64,000 bases of DNA from a bacterium (GTDB taxonomy: Bacteria; Patescibacteriota; Patescibacteriia; SBBB01). Below the pieces are notes generated by a model. That model did not search any database, was not told where the DNA came from, and saw only the letters and a list, made by a program, of their open reading frames with translations. This document shows, in pieces, positions 54,680-64,000 of this stretch. Position 1 is the stretch's first letter. Each line of letters begins with the position of its first letter. The position numbers and the translations under genes were made by a program. The stretch spans positions 8,980 through 72,979 of the forward strand of contig SBBB01000025.1 in NCBI GenBank assembly GCA_005239895.1, read 5' to 3'.

Positions 54680-55717
54680 TTATTGAGCGGATGGTAAGCG
54701 AATTTGTTTTAACAAGTCGGGATTATCTAATAACATTCCAGTTCCGCGTGCCACAGTTGTTAAGGGATCTTCGGCAATACGCACGGGTATTTTTAAAGAA
54801 TCGCTAATAATTTTATCTATACCATTCAACAAAGACGATCCCCCGGTTAAAATAATGCCACTGTCATAAACATCCGCTATTAACTCCGGTGGAGTATTTT
54901 CTAGGGTCAAACGAATATTATCAATAATTAAACGTATAGAACCGTTAAGAACCGAACGCACCTCCGTATCAGTTATAATCATTTCTCTGGGGAGTCCGCT
55001 AACCAAGTCTCGTCCTCGCATAAGAATATTAGATGGTTTGGGTAAAGCAATGGCTGATCCAATATTTATTTTAATATCTTCGGCTATTTTTTCACCAATA
55101 AACAAATTAAAATGATGTTTAGCGTAATCTATAATATAATGATTAAAATCGTTTCCTCCAATTTTTAAAGATTTTGAATTAACAATACCACCCATAGATA
55201 TAACCCCTATATCTGTCGTTCCTCCTCCAATATTAACAATCATAATTGCGCTGGGTTCCAAAATTGGTAAGCGCATTCCAATAGCCGCGGCAATTAATCC
55301 CTCCACAATATAAACATCTCTAGCCCCTATGGTAAAAGCAATATCTTCAACGGCTTTACGTTCCACCTCGGTTAAATCTAAAGCGATACACATAACAACT
55401 TTAGATCGGCTAATTAAACTAAACGAATCAGCGTAGATTTTATCTATAAAACATTTCAACATTTTTTCAGCTACAGGAAAGTCCGAAATAATACCATTTG
55501 TTAAGGGTTTACTTACGGTAATGCGCTGAGGTGTTTTACCAAACATTTTTTTAGCTTCATTACCAGTCGCTATAACCTCTTGGGTGACATTATTAATCGC
55601 CACAATAGACGGTTCATTAATAACAATACCCCGATCTTTGGCGTATATTAAAGTATTGACAGTGCCCAAATCAATACCTATATCTTTAGCAAATAAACTA
55701 AAAAAATTATTTATCAT
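54680..55717 (-). CDS. mreB: Actin-like protein MreB.
   Basis: IGIDLGTVNTLIY..NEPSIVAI and the phosphate/adenosine motifs. Confidence 0.9.
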   Translation of the reverse strand: MINNFFSLFAKDIGIDLGTVNTLIYAKDRGIVINEPSIVAINNVTQEVIATGNEAKKMFGKTPQRITVSKPLTNGIISDFPVAEKMLKCFIDKIYADSFSLISRSKVVMCIALDLTEVERKAVEDIAFTIGARDVYIVEGLIAAAIGMRLPILEPSAIMIVNIGGGTTDIGVISMGGIVNSKSLKIGGNDFNHYIIDYAKHHFNLFIGEKIAEDIKINIGSAIALPKPSNILMRGRDLVSGLPREMIITDTEVRSVLNGSIRLIIDNIRLTLENTPPELIADVYDSGIILTGGSSLLNGIDKIISDSLKIPVRIAEDPLTTVARGTGMLLDNPDLLKQIRLPSAQ

Positions 55718-55720
55718 ATT

Positions 55721-57241
55721 TTAAAAATTTTTAATATTAAGTTTATCAACTATCATACCCTCTCGGTCGGTTAAAATTAAGGTTTCAGATAAATTATCCC
55801 AAATATCGCGTTTCAAATTCAAATACATAAACCATGTATTCTTATAAAAATCTTTAGCTGATTGATAATCTTTAACACAACCATCATAATTAAAATGTTT
55901 ACTTAAATAGTCTGTACACTGAGCGTCTCTTTGAATAGCGCGTATAGTATTGCTATCTTTTTCTTTTTGTAGGTTTGGAACTTCACAGCGCGATACTTGT
56001 TGAATAATATATTTTTGACATATAGGTTCTAAAAAATTTAATTCATTCGCGTTTGGCAAATAGCACTCTTCGTTGAATTTAGACTTTAATTTTAGTGCGT
56101 TGAAATAACCCATGCAGCGGTTTACACGAAATCCACCACTGGAATTGGTTAGTATATTTGCTCCGGTTATAATATTTAATTGATCTTTAGAGTTTAAATT
56201 TAAATCTACATTATTGTCATTGGTTACAAAAGGAATTAAGGTAACTTTAGACATAGTAACCTTATAATTGTGTCTACCAACTAGATTCCAGCCATTAATA
56301 TTTACGGACGAGTTGGATTCATTTCTTAAAATTACGATTTCTTTTTGAGGATTGGATTCATTCAGGGTTACGCTTAAAATTTTAATTGTTTTGTACCAAG
56401 GAGAAATGTTAATTTTAAAATTATAAGATGCTGGAGTTGGGTCAATAATTTCTTTTTTATTTTTGGCTTTTACAAAAAAAGTCAAAGTTTCTCCGCTATG
56501 TCTCGCAAGATTGTACTGACTAAAACTAATTGTTCTTTGAGTGGAGGTTGTAAAATTGCTCCACTGCTTATCTACCGACGGTATAAAGGTTGAATAAGTT
56601 AAGGCGTCTTTAGGGCTAGAAGGATTATTGCCAGTATAATGAATTACTAAGGTATCAATATTAGTATCGTCAGCGCTTAAAATAGTTGTATCTGGAAACT
56701 GAACCGGCTCGTTTATGGTTGTAAAGGTTGATATGGGTGGGGCAGATGTTACTACTGAACGAAGAGCTCTCCCAATGGGAATATTTTGGAGTTGGTTATT
56801 GCTAATCGGAATTACTGAATTATGATTAAATTTTAAATCTTTAAAAACTGAATCATTGGCAATCCATCGGCGCAACCCGTTTTCAATTAAATAAATGCGA
56901 TTCTTTTCATCTTTTAAAAGCGAACCATCAGGATAAAATTTAGCATCATCAACCAATTCTCCTTCGGCAAAAGAATCTACAATATCATCTGGCATGGTTT
57001 GAACGTTTTCAAAACTATATCCCAATTCTTTAAATATTTTTTCATTTTGTATCCAGCGCCTGACATTATTAAAAACCATGTACACTCGAGGCCCACTACC
57101 TTTTACTAAAACGCCATTAACAGCATCTGTTTTTACGGCTAAGGCTAAATTTGGAGAAAACATCAAAACAGCTAACATTAAAGTTAAAATAGCCCTAAAA
57201 ACAGTATAAAATTGTAAAAATTTAAAAAATTTCATAAACAA
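55721..57241 (-). CDS. Secreted hypothetical protein (506 aa).
   Basis: Signal peptide MFMKFFKFLQFYTVFRAILTLMLAVLMFSPNLALA. Confidence 0.4.
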   Translation of the reverse strand: MFMKFFKFLQFYTVFRAILTLMLAVLMFSPNLALAVKTDAVNGVLVKGSGPRVYMVFNNVRRWIQNEKIFKELGYSFENVQTMPDDIVDSFAEGELVDDAKFYPDGSLLKDEKNRIYLIENGLRRWIANDSVFKDLKFNHNSVIPISNNQLQNIPIGRALRSVVTSAPPISTFTTINEPVQFPDTTILSADDTNIDTLVIHYTGNNPSSPKDALTYSTFIPSVDKQWSNFTTSTQRTISFSQYNLARHSGETLTFFVKAKNKKEIIDPTPASYNFKINISPWYKTIKILSVTLNESNPQKEIVILRNESNSSVNINGWNLVGRHNYKVTMSKVTLIPFVTNDNNVDLNLNSKDQLNIITGANILTNSSGGFRVNRCMGYFNALKLKSKFNEECYLPNANELNFLEPICQKYIIQQVSRCEVPNLQKEKDSNTIRAIQRDAQCTDYLSKHFNYDGCVKDYQSAKDFYKNTWFMYLNLKRDIWDNLSETLILTDREGMIVDKLNIKNF

Positions 57242-57421
57242 ACCATATCAAATTTTCTGTATAAAGTCAAGGTTTATAAAGTAAAACATTCATCTTTGTC
57301 ACTCCCATACATGAATGACAGTGGGTGCATAAGTTTTATCTAAATTTAATTAGTGTATTGCCCAAAATAGGTTATAAATGTTAGCATTATTAAGCAGCTA
57401 AATTAATTATTTTTTAAACAA

Positions 57422-59164
57422 ATGAAATCGGAAATACAAAAATTTTTCAAAGGAGAAGTAGAAGACGGAGAGGAAGTGTTAAAACAGTACTCTCGTGATG
57501 CTAGTATTTTTGAAATAAAACCCAAGTTGGTTCTTTTTCCACTAGATTCGGAGGATGTTAAGAATTTGGTTAAGTGGGTGTCTCAAAACAAGGAAAAATA
57601 TAAAGATATAGCTATTACTGCTCGTTGTGCTGGGACCTGTATGTCTGGAGGCTCTATTGGGGAATCTATAATCCTGGATTTTACCAGGCATATGAATAAA
57701 TTGATTAATTTTTGTCCAGAATCAAAATCTATTACTGTTCAGCCTGGAATGTTTTATCGAGATTTTGAAAAAATTACCTTAGCTGAAGGGTTAGTGTTGC
57801 CCTGTTATACTGCAGCCAAAAATATCAATGCCATGGGTGGAATGTTTGGCAATAATTCAGCCGGAGAAAAAAGCTTGAAATATGGACAAACCAATGACTA
57901 TATTTTAGAAACCAAGGTTGTTTTTGCTGATGGCAACGAATATTTTGTCGGAATGTTATCAATGTGCGAATTAAGAGAAAAAATTAACACAGAGAATTTT
58001 GAGTCCAGAATTTATAAAAATATTTCCGAGTTGATTAATAATCACAAACAAGAAATTGAAAATGCTAAACCAAAAGTGTCCAAAAATTCTGCAGGATATT
58101 ATATTTGGAACGTACTGCGATTTAGTAGAAGCGCGTGCGGAATATTAAACCACACAGCGATTCCAACCAAGGAAACAAACCATGATTACTCTTTTGATTT
58201 AAATCAGTTACTGGTTGGCTCTCAGGGAACTTTGGGCATAATTACGGAAATTACTTTCAAACTGGTTCCTAGGGCTAAATATGCCAGATTGGTTGTTGTC
58301 TCTTTAAATAGTTTGGACCGTTTAGGTGAATTAGTGGATAAAATTTTAGAATTAAAACCTGACACTCTAGAAACGTACGATGACCAAACCGTAAAATTAG
58401 CAGGTAAATTTTTTGGAGATTTCTTAAAAAACAAAAACATTATTGGAAAAATTAAATTTTTATGGCATTTTTTGCCAGAATTTAAAATGATGCTAAAAAA
58501 CGATTTTCCCAAACTAACCCTTTTGGTTAAATTCGACGGGACCGATAAATCAGAGCTTGAACAGTCCTGTTTAGAATTAAAAGGAAAAATTCAGGATTTT
58601 AAAGTTAAAGTTCATTTTAGTAAATCAGAAAGCGAGTCAAATAAATATTGGGATATTAGAAGAGAAAGCTTTAACCTTTTGCGCAAACATACCCAAGGAA
58701 GGCACACAGCTCCTTTTATTGAAGATATTATTGTTCGGCCTGAGTTTTTACCTGAGTTTTTACCTGAATTGAATAAAATTTTAAACAAATATAATTTACT
58801 TTATACTATTGCTGGTCACGCTGGAAATGGTAATTTTCATATCATCCCTTTAATGGATTTTTCACGCCCTGATATTAATAAAATTATTATGGAGTTATCT
58901 GAGGAAGTATTTAGTTTAGTAGTTAAATATCAAGGATCTTTAGCAGCAGAACATAATGATGGTATTATTCGTACACCTTTTTTAAATAAAATGTATAATC
59001 AAAAAATGCTCGATATTTTTTTAAATATTAAAAATATTTTTGATTCTAGTAATATTTTTAACCCAGGGAAAAAAGTTATTTCATCTGATGTTACAATCTA
59101 TAATTGCAAGGAATACATTACATCACGTATTGCCACAGATCATAAAGCTAGTCACAGTTGTTAG
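57422..59164 (+). CDS. FAD-binding oxidase (FAD-linked oxidase / GlcD / D-lactate dehydrogenase-like).
   Basis: PCMH-type FAD-binding domain in the N-terminal half; FAD-oxidase C-terminal domain (AGHAGNGNFH). Confidence 0.6.
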   Translation: MKSEIQKFFKGEVEDGEEVLKQYSRDASIFEIKPKLVLFPLDSEDVKNLVKWVSQNKEKYKDIAITARCAGTCMSGGSIGESIILDFTRHMNKLINFCPESKSITVQPGMFYRDFEKITLAEGLVLPCYTAAKNINAMGGMFGNNSAGEKSLKYGQTNDYILETKVVFADGNEYFVGMLSMCELREKINTENFESRIYKNISELINNHKQEIENAKPKVSKNSAGYYIWNVLRFSRSACGILNHTAIPTKETNHDYSFDLNQLLVGSQGTLGIITEITFKLVPRAKYARLVVVSLNSLDRLGELVDKILELKPDTLETYDDQTVKLAGKFFGDFLKNKNIIGKIKFLWHFLPEFKMMLKNDFPKLTLLVKFDGTDKSELEQSCLELKGKIQDFKVKVHFSKSESESNKYWDIRRESFNLLRKHTQGRHTAPFIEDIIVRPEFLPEFLPELNKILNKYNLLYTIAGHAGNGNFHIIPLMDFSRPDINKIIMELSEEVFSLVVKYQGSLAAEHNDGIIRTPFLNKMYNQKMLDIFLNIKNIFDSSNIFNPGKKVISSDVTIYNCKEYITSRIATDHKASHSC

Positions 59165-59171
59165 TAATACT

Positions 59172-59194
59172 ACTTAGTCGCCTTGCCACTAAGT
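59172..59194. repeat. 23-bp palindromic repeat ACTTAGTCGCCTTGCCACTAAGT (fourth copy).
   Basis: Identical to 34497-34519. Confidence 0.8.
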
Positions 59195-59201
59195 GCAAAA
59201 C

Positions 59202-59236
59202 AAGCCGTTAGTCGTAATAATGACTGCGGCTTTATT
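59202..59236 (+). terminator. Nested hairpin terminator after the FAD oxidase gene.
   Basis: AAGCCG-(AGTC..GACT)-CGGCTT followed by TATTAT. Confidence 0.45.
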
Positions 59237-59273
59237 ATAAAGAAATGATTTGCTGTTTTAGGCAAGGATATAT

Positions 59274-59579
59274 TTACCCTCGCACGATCAGCACAGCGAT
59301 AACGGCAATACTGAGAGAAACAGTAACCAGCATAGCCCAGAATAGTGACGAACTTCGCGTTCGAACCCCTTCCAGAATTAATGCTGTTTGTATACCAGCA
59401 AAAATGCACCAGGTAATAGTAGAATTACCTTCGACACTAGGAGCAGTGACAACCCTCCACAACTGCACCATATTTGCTATAGGGTTGAGAAAAAGAGTAA
59501 AAGTAATCGCTAACTTAAAAAACCTGTGTTCCAAGAACTTGCTCCATTTTAGATGTAAGATGTCAACTGTACTCACCAT
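59274..59579 (-). CDS. Small 3-TM membrane protein in a GC-rich islet (possibly PQ-loop/LAB_N-like).
   Basis: Hydrophobic 101-aa ORF. Local GC is clearly above background. Preferred over the overlapping plus-strand ORF. Confidence 0.3.
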   Translation of the reverse strand: MVSTVDILHLKWSKFLEHRFFKLAITFTLFLNPIANMVQLWRVVTAPSVEGNSTITWCIFAGIQTALILEGVRTRSSSLFWAMLVTVSLSIAVIAVLIVRG

Positions 59580-59661
59580 GGCCTCCTTTTTTGTTTTTGT
59601 TTGCGACAGTTCAACAACCTGTGAACATTAAAGTAACATAATTAGCATTAATTGTCAAGAT

Positions 59662-60774
59662 TTAACTTATTAACGCGGCGTAAGTTTCTTGAGCGCATTT
59701 TTCCCAGCTAAAGTTTTGAGCTATTTGTAATCCTTCCTGCGTAATTTTATTGCGTAAAATATCATCCGATGTTATTTGAACCATGGCATTAGCTATTTCT
59801 TCCGGATTATAAGGGTCTATTAAAATTGCGGCGTTTTTTACTAATTCTTTACAAGGTTGAATATTAGATGTAATTATAGGTACCCCGCAGCGCATGGCTT
59901 GTAATAATGGGAATCCAAAACCTTCGTAAAAACTTGGAAATAATAGAGCACTGGCTTGATTTAATAAATAAGGCATATCATCTTCAGGCATAAAACCTAA
60001 ATTAATAATATATTTTTGTAATTTATATTTAGAAATCATAACTTCAATCTCTGAATATCCAAAACCAGGATTGCCAATAAATACAATTGAAAAGCCTAGA
60101 TCAGATTTCTGTTTTAAAGTTAAAATATTTAACGCTTTTAAAATTCCTAAAATATTTTTCTTTTTTTCTAACCTGCCAATGCTTACAATATATTTTGTTT
60201 TTAAATTATATTTAGATTGAATATTTTGTAATGCAGTTTTGTTAGTAATAATTTTATAATCAGGATTAACACCGTGTGGGGCAACAGTGATTTTTCGGGG
60301 ATCACAATTATAATAACGAATTAATTCTTGTTTGGTGAAATTAGATGGTGCAATAATTTTAGTGGCATATTTGACAGCTCTACTTGTGGACCAGTTTTGA
60401 GATTTAACTTCAAGTTTTGTATAAAACTTCGGACAAGCTTTAAATCCTATATCATGAATAGTTATTACTCTATGTTTACTTTTGGTTAAAGGCAAAATAT
60501 GAGAAGGAGTAAAAAATATATCAGGAGGTCGGGTTGCTGTTTCATAAGACAAACGACCCAGGGTCCATAAGTGTTTAAATTTCCAGGACAAAATACGATT
60601 TTCAAAATTTAAAGGCAATGAAAAGTCTGTTTTCAAGGGTATGGTAGTGTACAAAAATACTTTATGTTTAGTAATGATTTTGGTAAAGGCCTTAATTAAA
60701 TAATAAGCATACCACTCAACTCCAGTCTTAAAGTATTTATTAAGAGCCGAAGCATCTATGCCTATAGATTGCAT
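59662..60774 (-). CDS. Glycosyltransferase family 1 (GT-B).
   Basis: FPSFYEGFGFPLLQAMRCGVPIITSN. Confidence 0.8.
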   Translation of the reverse strand: MQSIGIDASALNKYFKTGVEWYAYYLIKAFTKIITKHKVFLYTTIPLKTDFSLPLNFENRILSWKFKHLWTLGRLSYETATRPPDIFFTPSHILPLTKSKHRVITIHDIGFKACPKFYTKLEVKSQNWSTSRAVKYATKIIAPSNFTKQELIRYYNCDPRKITVAPHGVNPDYKIITNKTALQNIQSKYNLKTKYIVSIGRLEKKKNILGILKALNILTLKQKSDLGFSIVFIGNPGFGYSEIEVMISKYKLQKYIINLGFMPEDDMPYLLNQASALLFPSFYEGFGFPLLQAMRCGVPIITSNIQPCKELVKNAAILIDPYNPEEIANAMVQITSDDILRNKITQEGLQIAQNFSWEKCAQETYAALIS

Positions 60775-60782
60775 ATGTTTTT

Positions 60783-61790
60783 TTAACGTCCGCTTACTAA
60801 GCTTTTTTTGTAAATATGAAGATTTTCTAACGCAATTCCTGTGCCCTTAGCAACACATAAAATTGATTCATCGGCAATATAACTGAATACACCTGTGGCG
60901 CGGGCAATTAACTTGTCCATATTTCTAAGCAAAGAACTACCACCTGATAAAGCTATACCTTTTTCAATAATGTCTGCGGCTAATTCCGGGGGTGTGTTGG
61001 AAAATACTGATTTTACAGCGGCTATAATAGCATTAAGTTCATTTTGAATAGCATCGGTAATATCATCCGAAGTTATTTTAACAACCTTAGGTAAGCCCGT
61101 TACCATATCTCTGCCCCGCACTACCATTTCTAATTTTTGTTCTAAATACATGGCGGAACCAATTTTAATTTTAATATCTTCGGCTGTTCTTTCTCCAATC
61201 GCTAAATTATATTTCTTTTTTATAGCATCGGAAATTGCCGCGTCAAATTTAGTGCCTCCGACTCTAATTGAAGTTGAAGATACTATTCCACCTAAAGATA
61301 TCACGGCTATCTCAGATGTACCTCCCCCAATATCAATAATCATATAACCAGAGGGATTACCAATAGGTATGCCTGCTCCAATAGCAGCAGCAATAGGTTC
61401 TTTAATAATGTATGCGCAACGAGCGCCAGACATCATGGCCGCGTCAATTACCGCGCGTTTTTCAGTGGAAGTGATTCCAGCTGGTACAGCAATCATAACA
61501 TCGGGTTTAATAAATCTTATGCTACCCAAGGCTTTATTAATAAAATAGCGAAGCATGGCTTCGGTAACTTTATAATCAGCAATAACACCATCTTTCAATG
61601 GTCTCATAGCAATTATAGTGTCAGGGGTTCGTCCAATCATTTCTTTGGCTTCTATGCCCACGGCTAATACCCTGCGATCTAAGGTAGATATAGCCACTAC
61701 AGATGGTTCATTAATAATAATCCCCTTTCCGGGTACATGAATTAAGGTGTAAGTTGTGCCCAAATCAATTCCTATGGCTTTTATAAACAT
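60783..61790 (-). CDS. Second actin-like MreB paralog.
   Basis: IGIDLGTTYTLIHV..NEPSVVAI; full actin-fold motifs. Confidence 0.85.
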   Translation of the reverse strand: MFIKAIGIDLGTTYTLIHVPGKGIIINEPSVVAISTLDRRVLAVGIEAKEMIGRTPDTIIAMRPLKDGVIADYKVTEAMLRYFINKALGSIRFIKPDVMIAVPAGITSTEKRAVIDAAMMSGARCAYIIKEPIAAAIGAGIPIGNPSGYMIIDIGGGTSEIAVISLGGIVSSTSIRVGGTKFDAAISDAIKKKYNLAIGERTAEDIKIKIGSAMYLEQKLEMVVRGRDMVTGLPKVVKITSDDITDAIQNELNAIIAAVKSVFSNTPPELAADIIEKGIALSGGSSLLRNMDKLIARATGVFSYIADESILCVAKGTGIALENLHIYKKSLVSGR

Positions 61791-61889
61791 ATCAATTATA
61801 CTAGCACATATTTAAGATCGTGTCTATATTAGTGTTTTTAAAATTATATTCAAGCCATAATTCAATGTTTTCATATTTTTAAAAAAACC

Positions 61890-61918
61890 AATGTTTAGGA
61901 GTTGAACTCCTAAACATT
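61890..61918. repeat. Palindrome AATGTTTAGGAGTTGAACTCCTAAACATT.
   Basis: Core identical to the palindrome at 16083-16143. Confidence 0.8.
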
Positions 61919-62052
61919 TATTTTTATCACCTGCTGATTTTAGATTTGTTAAATATTTAAAGCTATATTATAATATAATGATATATGGTATAATATAATT
62001 ATATATGGAAGTGGTCGAGCCATGTTTATTTTTTTAATTTTTAAATATAAAT

Positions 62053-62625
62053 ATGATTAAATACAGGTCGTTCCTAAGTATAATCTTAATGGCGGTGTTT
62101 GTTTTGGGTTCAATTAATATTGTATCTGCGGCTGATGAATCAGTAACACCAAGTAGTCCTGCGGTTACAGACACTACAACACAATCCGCGCCTATAATGA
62201 AGGATGATAAAAGTTTACTACCAACAACCAAGACTAATAAAAAACAAAAAAACAGAAGAAAAAAGATGAGTGCTGAAGCCGAAGCTGACAAAAAAACAGA
62301 AATTAATATTACCTGTATACAAAACGCAATTGATAAACGTGATACAGCGATTATTGTATCTGTAGATACGTATTTGTCTAAAATAAAGACTGCTTTTGAA
62401 ACCCGTCGTTCAGAATTAAAAGCAGCCTGGGCTTTAGCAGAAAAGAAAGAAAGAGGTATGGCGATTAAAGATGCTTGGACTAATTTTAAAGAAAAGAAAC
62501 TAACAGCTAGAAAAGATGTGGATGATGGTCGTAAACAAGCCTGGAATGATTTTAACGCTGAGCGTAAGAATTGCGGTTTAAGTGATGGTGAAGGTAATAA
62601 AAGCAGCGGATTAGATAAATTATAG
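62053..62625 (+). CDS. Secreted Lys-rich protein.
   Basis: Signal peptide MIKYRSFLSIILMAVFVLGSINIVSA; charged helical remainder. Confidence 0.4.
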   Translation: MIKYRSFLSIILMAVFVLGSINIVSAADESVTPSSPAVTDTTTQSAPIMKDDKSLLPTTKTNKKQKNRRKKMSAEAEADKKTEINITCIQNAIDKRDTAIIVSVDTYLSKIKTAFETRRSELKAAWALAEKKERGMAIKDAWTNFKEKKLTARKDVDDGRKQAWNDFNAERKNCGLSDGEGNKSSGLDKL

Positions 62626-62701
62626 ATTTTAATTCCGACTTAGATTGTTTGATTAAAAAGGTTAGATGTTTTAAAACATCTAACTTTTTTAGTATCAGCA
62701 T

Positions 62702-64000
62702 TTATTCTGCCACTCCAAAAACTTCTTCCACCGAAGTAATCGCGTCTAAAGCTTTTAATAAACCATCTTGAGCCATGGATATCATGCCAAACTTTACAGC
62801 TATATCTTTTAAGACGTATTCGGAAATATTGCCCGAAAGAATTATTTTTTCTATTTCTTGGTTCATAGAAAAAATTTCATAAATACCTAATCTACCCTTG
62901 TAACCCAATCCTTGACAAGTATCACACTTGCCAGGTCCATAAAATTTCCAGGAATTTTTATCGGGCACAGTTTCTCCTGAATTACTTGGTATGGTTGTTA
63001 ATAAGGTTTCAATTTTTTTTAGGGTATCCGCGTCCTCTATTTTAATTTCTTGTTTACAATTTTTACATAATTTTCTAATTAATCTCTGACCGATAATAGT
63101 TCGTAAAGATGGAGCTAGTAAAAACGGTTTACAACCCATGGCTAAAAATCTAGGAATAGCAGCGGGGGCGCTATTAGTGTGAATTGTAGATAAAACCAAA
63201 TGACCGGTAAGCGCCGCGTTCACGGCTGTCTCCGCTGTTTCTAAATCACGAATCTCACCAACCATAACCACATCGGGATCTTGTCTTAAAATAGAGCGTA
63301 AACCACTAGCAAAAGTGTAATCTTTGCTAGCATCAACTTGACTTTGGATAATGCCATCAAGTTTATATTCAATAGGATCTTCGAGAGTGATAATTTTAAT
63401 ATCCGGATTATTTAATTTGTTTAATATGGCGTATAAAGTTGTGGTTTTTCCAGAACCAGTTGGTCCGGTGGTGATAATCATACCATTGGTGGAATTAACA
63501 ATTGCGTTACGTAAATCGTGTTCAGCCTTGCCACGCACACCCAAAGCCTCAAACTGAATATTTACAGACCCAGACATTAAAAATCTCATTACCACGCTTT
63601 CTCCGTAACTAGTTGGCAGGGTTGAGACCCTAACACCAACTTTTTCTGTGCTTAAATGAATTGTAAAACGTCCATCTTGAGGACGACTCGTAACATTTAG
63701 TTTTAAACTAGATAATAATTTTAAGCGGGAAATAATTTTAGGCCATAATTTTTTTTCAATTCTAGCTACAATATATAAGATACCATCTATTCTAAAACGT
63801 ATAACTATATCTTGATCTTCAGCTTCAATATGAATATCTGAAATGTGTAGTTTAATAGCCGCCGCAACTATTATGGTTATAAGCGTGGTTGCGGATGTAG
63901 ATTTTTGCATCAAAGCTTCCAACTCTTTTAGGTTGGAAAAACTATTTTGGTATTTGATTAATTCGTCTTCTTTGATTTGTATGCCCTCTACCCTATCCTT
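62702..64000 (-). CDS. Type IV pilus / type II secretion assembly ATPase (PilB/GspE family), 5' partial at the window edge.
   Basis: Walker A GPTGSGKTT. Asp/His boxes VMVGEIRD...LVLSTIHTNSA. Tetracysteine CKNC...CDTC. The frame stays open to base 64000. Confidence 0.8.
   Translation of the reverse strand, partial: KDRVEGIQIKEDELIKYQNSFSNLKELEALMQKSTSATTLITIIVAAAIKLHISDIHIEAEDQDIVIRFRIDGILYIVARIEKKLWPKIISRLKLLSSLKLNVTSRPQDGRFTIHLSTEKVGVRVSTLPTSYGESVVMRFLMSGSVNIQFEALGVRGKAEHDLRNAIVNSTNGMIITTGPTGSGKTTTLYAILNKLNNPDIKIITLEDPIEYKLDGIIQSQVDASKDYTFASGLRSILRQDPDVVMVGEIRDLETAETAVNAALTGHLVLSTIHTNSAPAAIPRFLAMGCKPFLLAPSLRTIIGQRLIRKLCKNCKQEIKIEDADTLKKIETLLTTIPSNSGETVPDKNSWKFYGPGKCDTCQGLGYKGRLGIYEIFSMNQEIEKIILSGNISEYVLKDIAVKFGMISMAQDGLLKALDAITSVEEVFGVAE

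Noticed and set aside
1-64000. Diversity-generating retroelement (common in CPR) explaining the duplicated segments.
   Set aside because: No reverse-transcriptase ORF (no YxDD motif) and no template/variable repeat pair with adenine-specific differences. The 17408-17613 duplication differs at all base types.

Overview
AT-rich 64 kb segment that looks like a small, reduced bacterial genome. The gene content is CPR/Patescibacteria-like, but that placement is an inference; no rRNA or other marker is in the window. Core housekeeping genes dominate. There are four aminoacyl-tRNA synthetases (tyrS, pheS, thrS, trpS), a lower-glycolysis block (gap-pgk-gpmI) followed by tsf, and a cell-wall/shape cluster (mreB-mreC-mreD-PBP2, FtsW/RodA-mraY-wecA-like, trxB, mltG). 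Single genes include zupT, aroD, tag, a NUDIX hydrolase, an endonuclease Q-like PHP protein, a XerC/D-type recombinase, and a PilB/GspE ATPase that runs off the right edge. Five tRNAs are present: Ser-GCU, Arg-TCG, Arg-TCT, Pro-GGG and Cys-GCA. The most striking feature is an uninterrupted tandem array of seven paralogous small two-helix membrane proteins at 19827-23262. They share an almost invariant AGYLWMTAGGNDEQ-KKA core, resembling VirB2/TrbC-type T4SS pilins, and carry hypervariable N-terminal and C-terminal segments. Second, the intergenic space is littered with several families of short GC-rich palindromic or inverted-repeat modules. Some bracket small GIY-YIG nuclease genes; one of these genes sits between a truncated duplicate and the intact copy of tRNA-Ser. 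Other oddities are a PheS with a C-terminal FDX-ACB-like extension, a duplicated diverged copy of the thrS 3' end, a frameshifted histidine phosphatase, a RelE/ParE-type toxin pair with a leaderless promoter, two tandem paralogs of unknown function, and a GC-richer segment after tRNA-Arg(TCT). No CRISPR array, rRNA or reverse transcriptase was seen.
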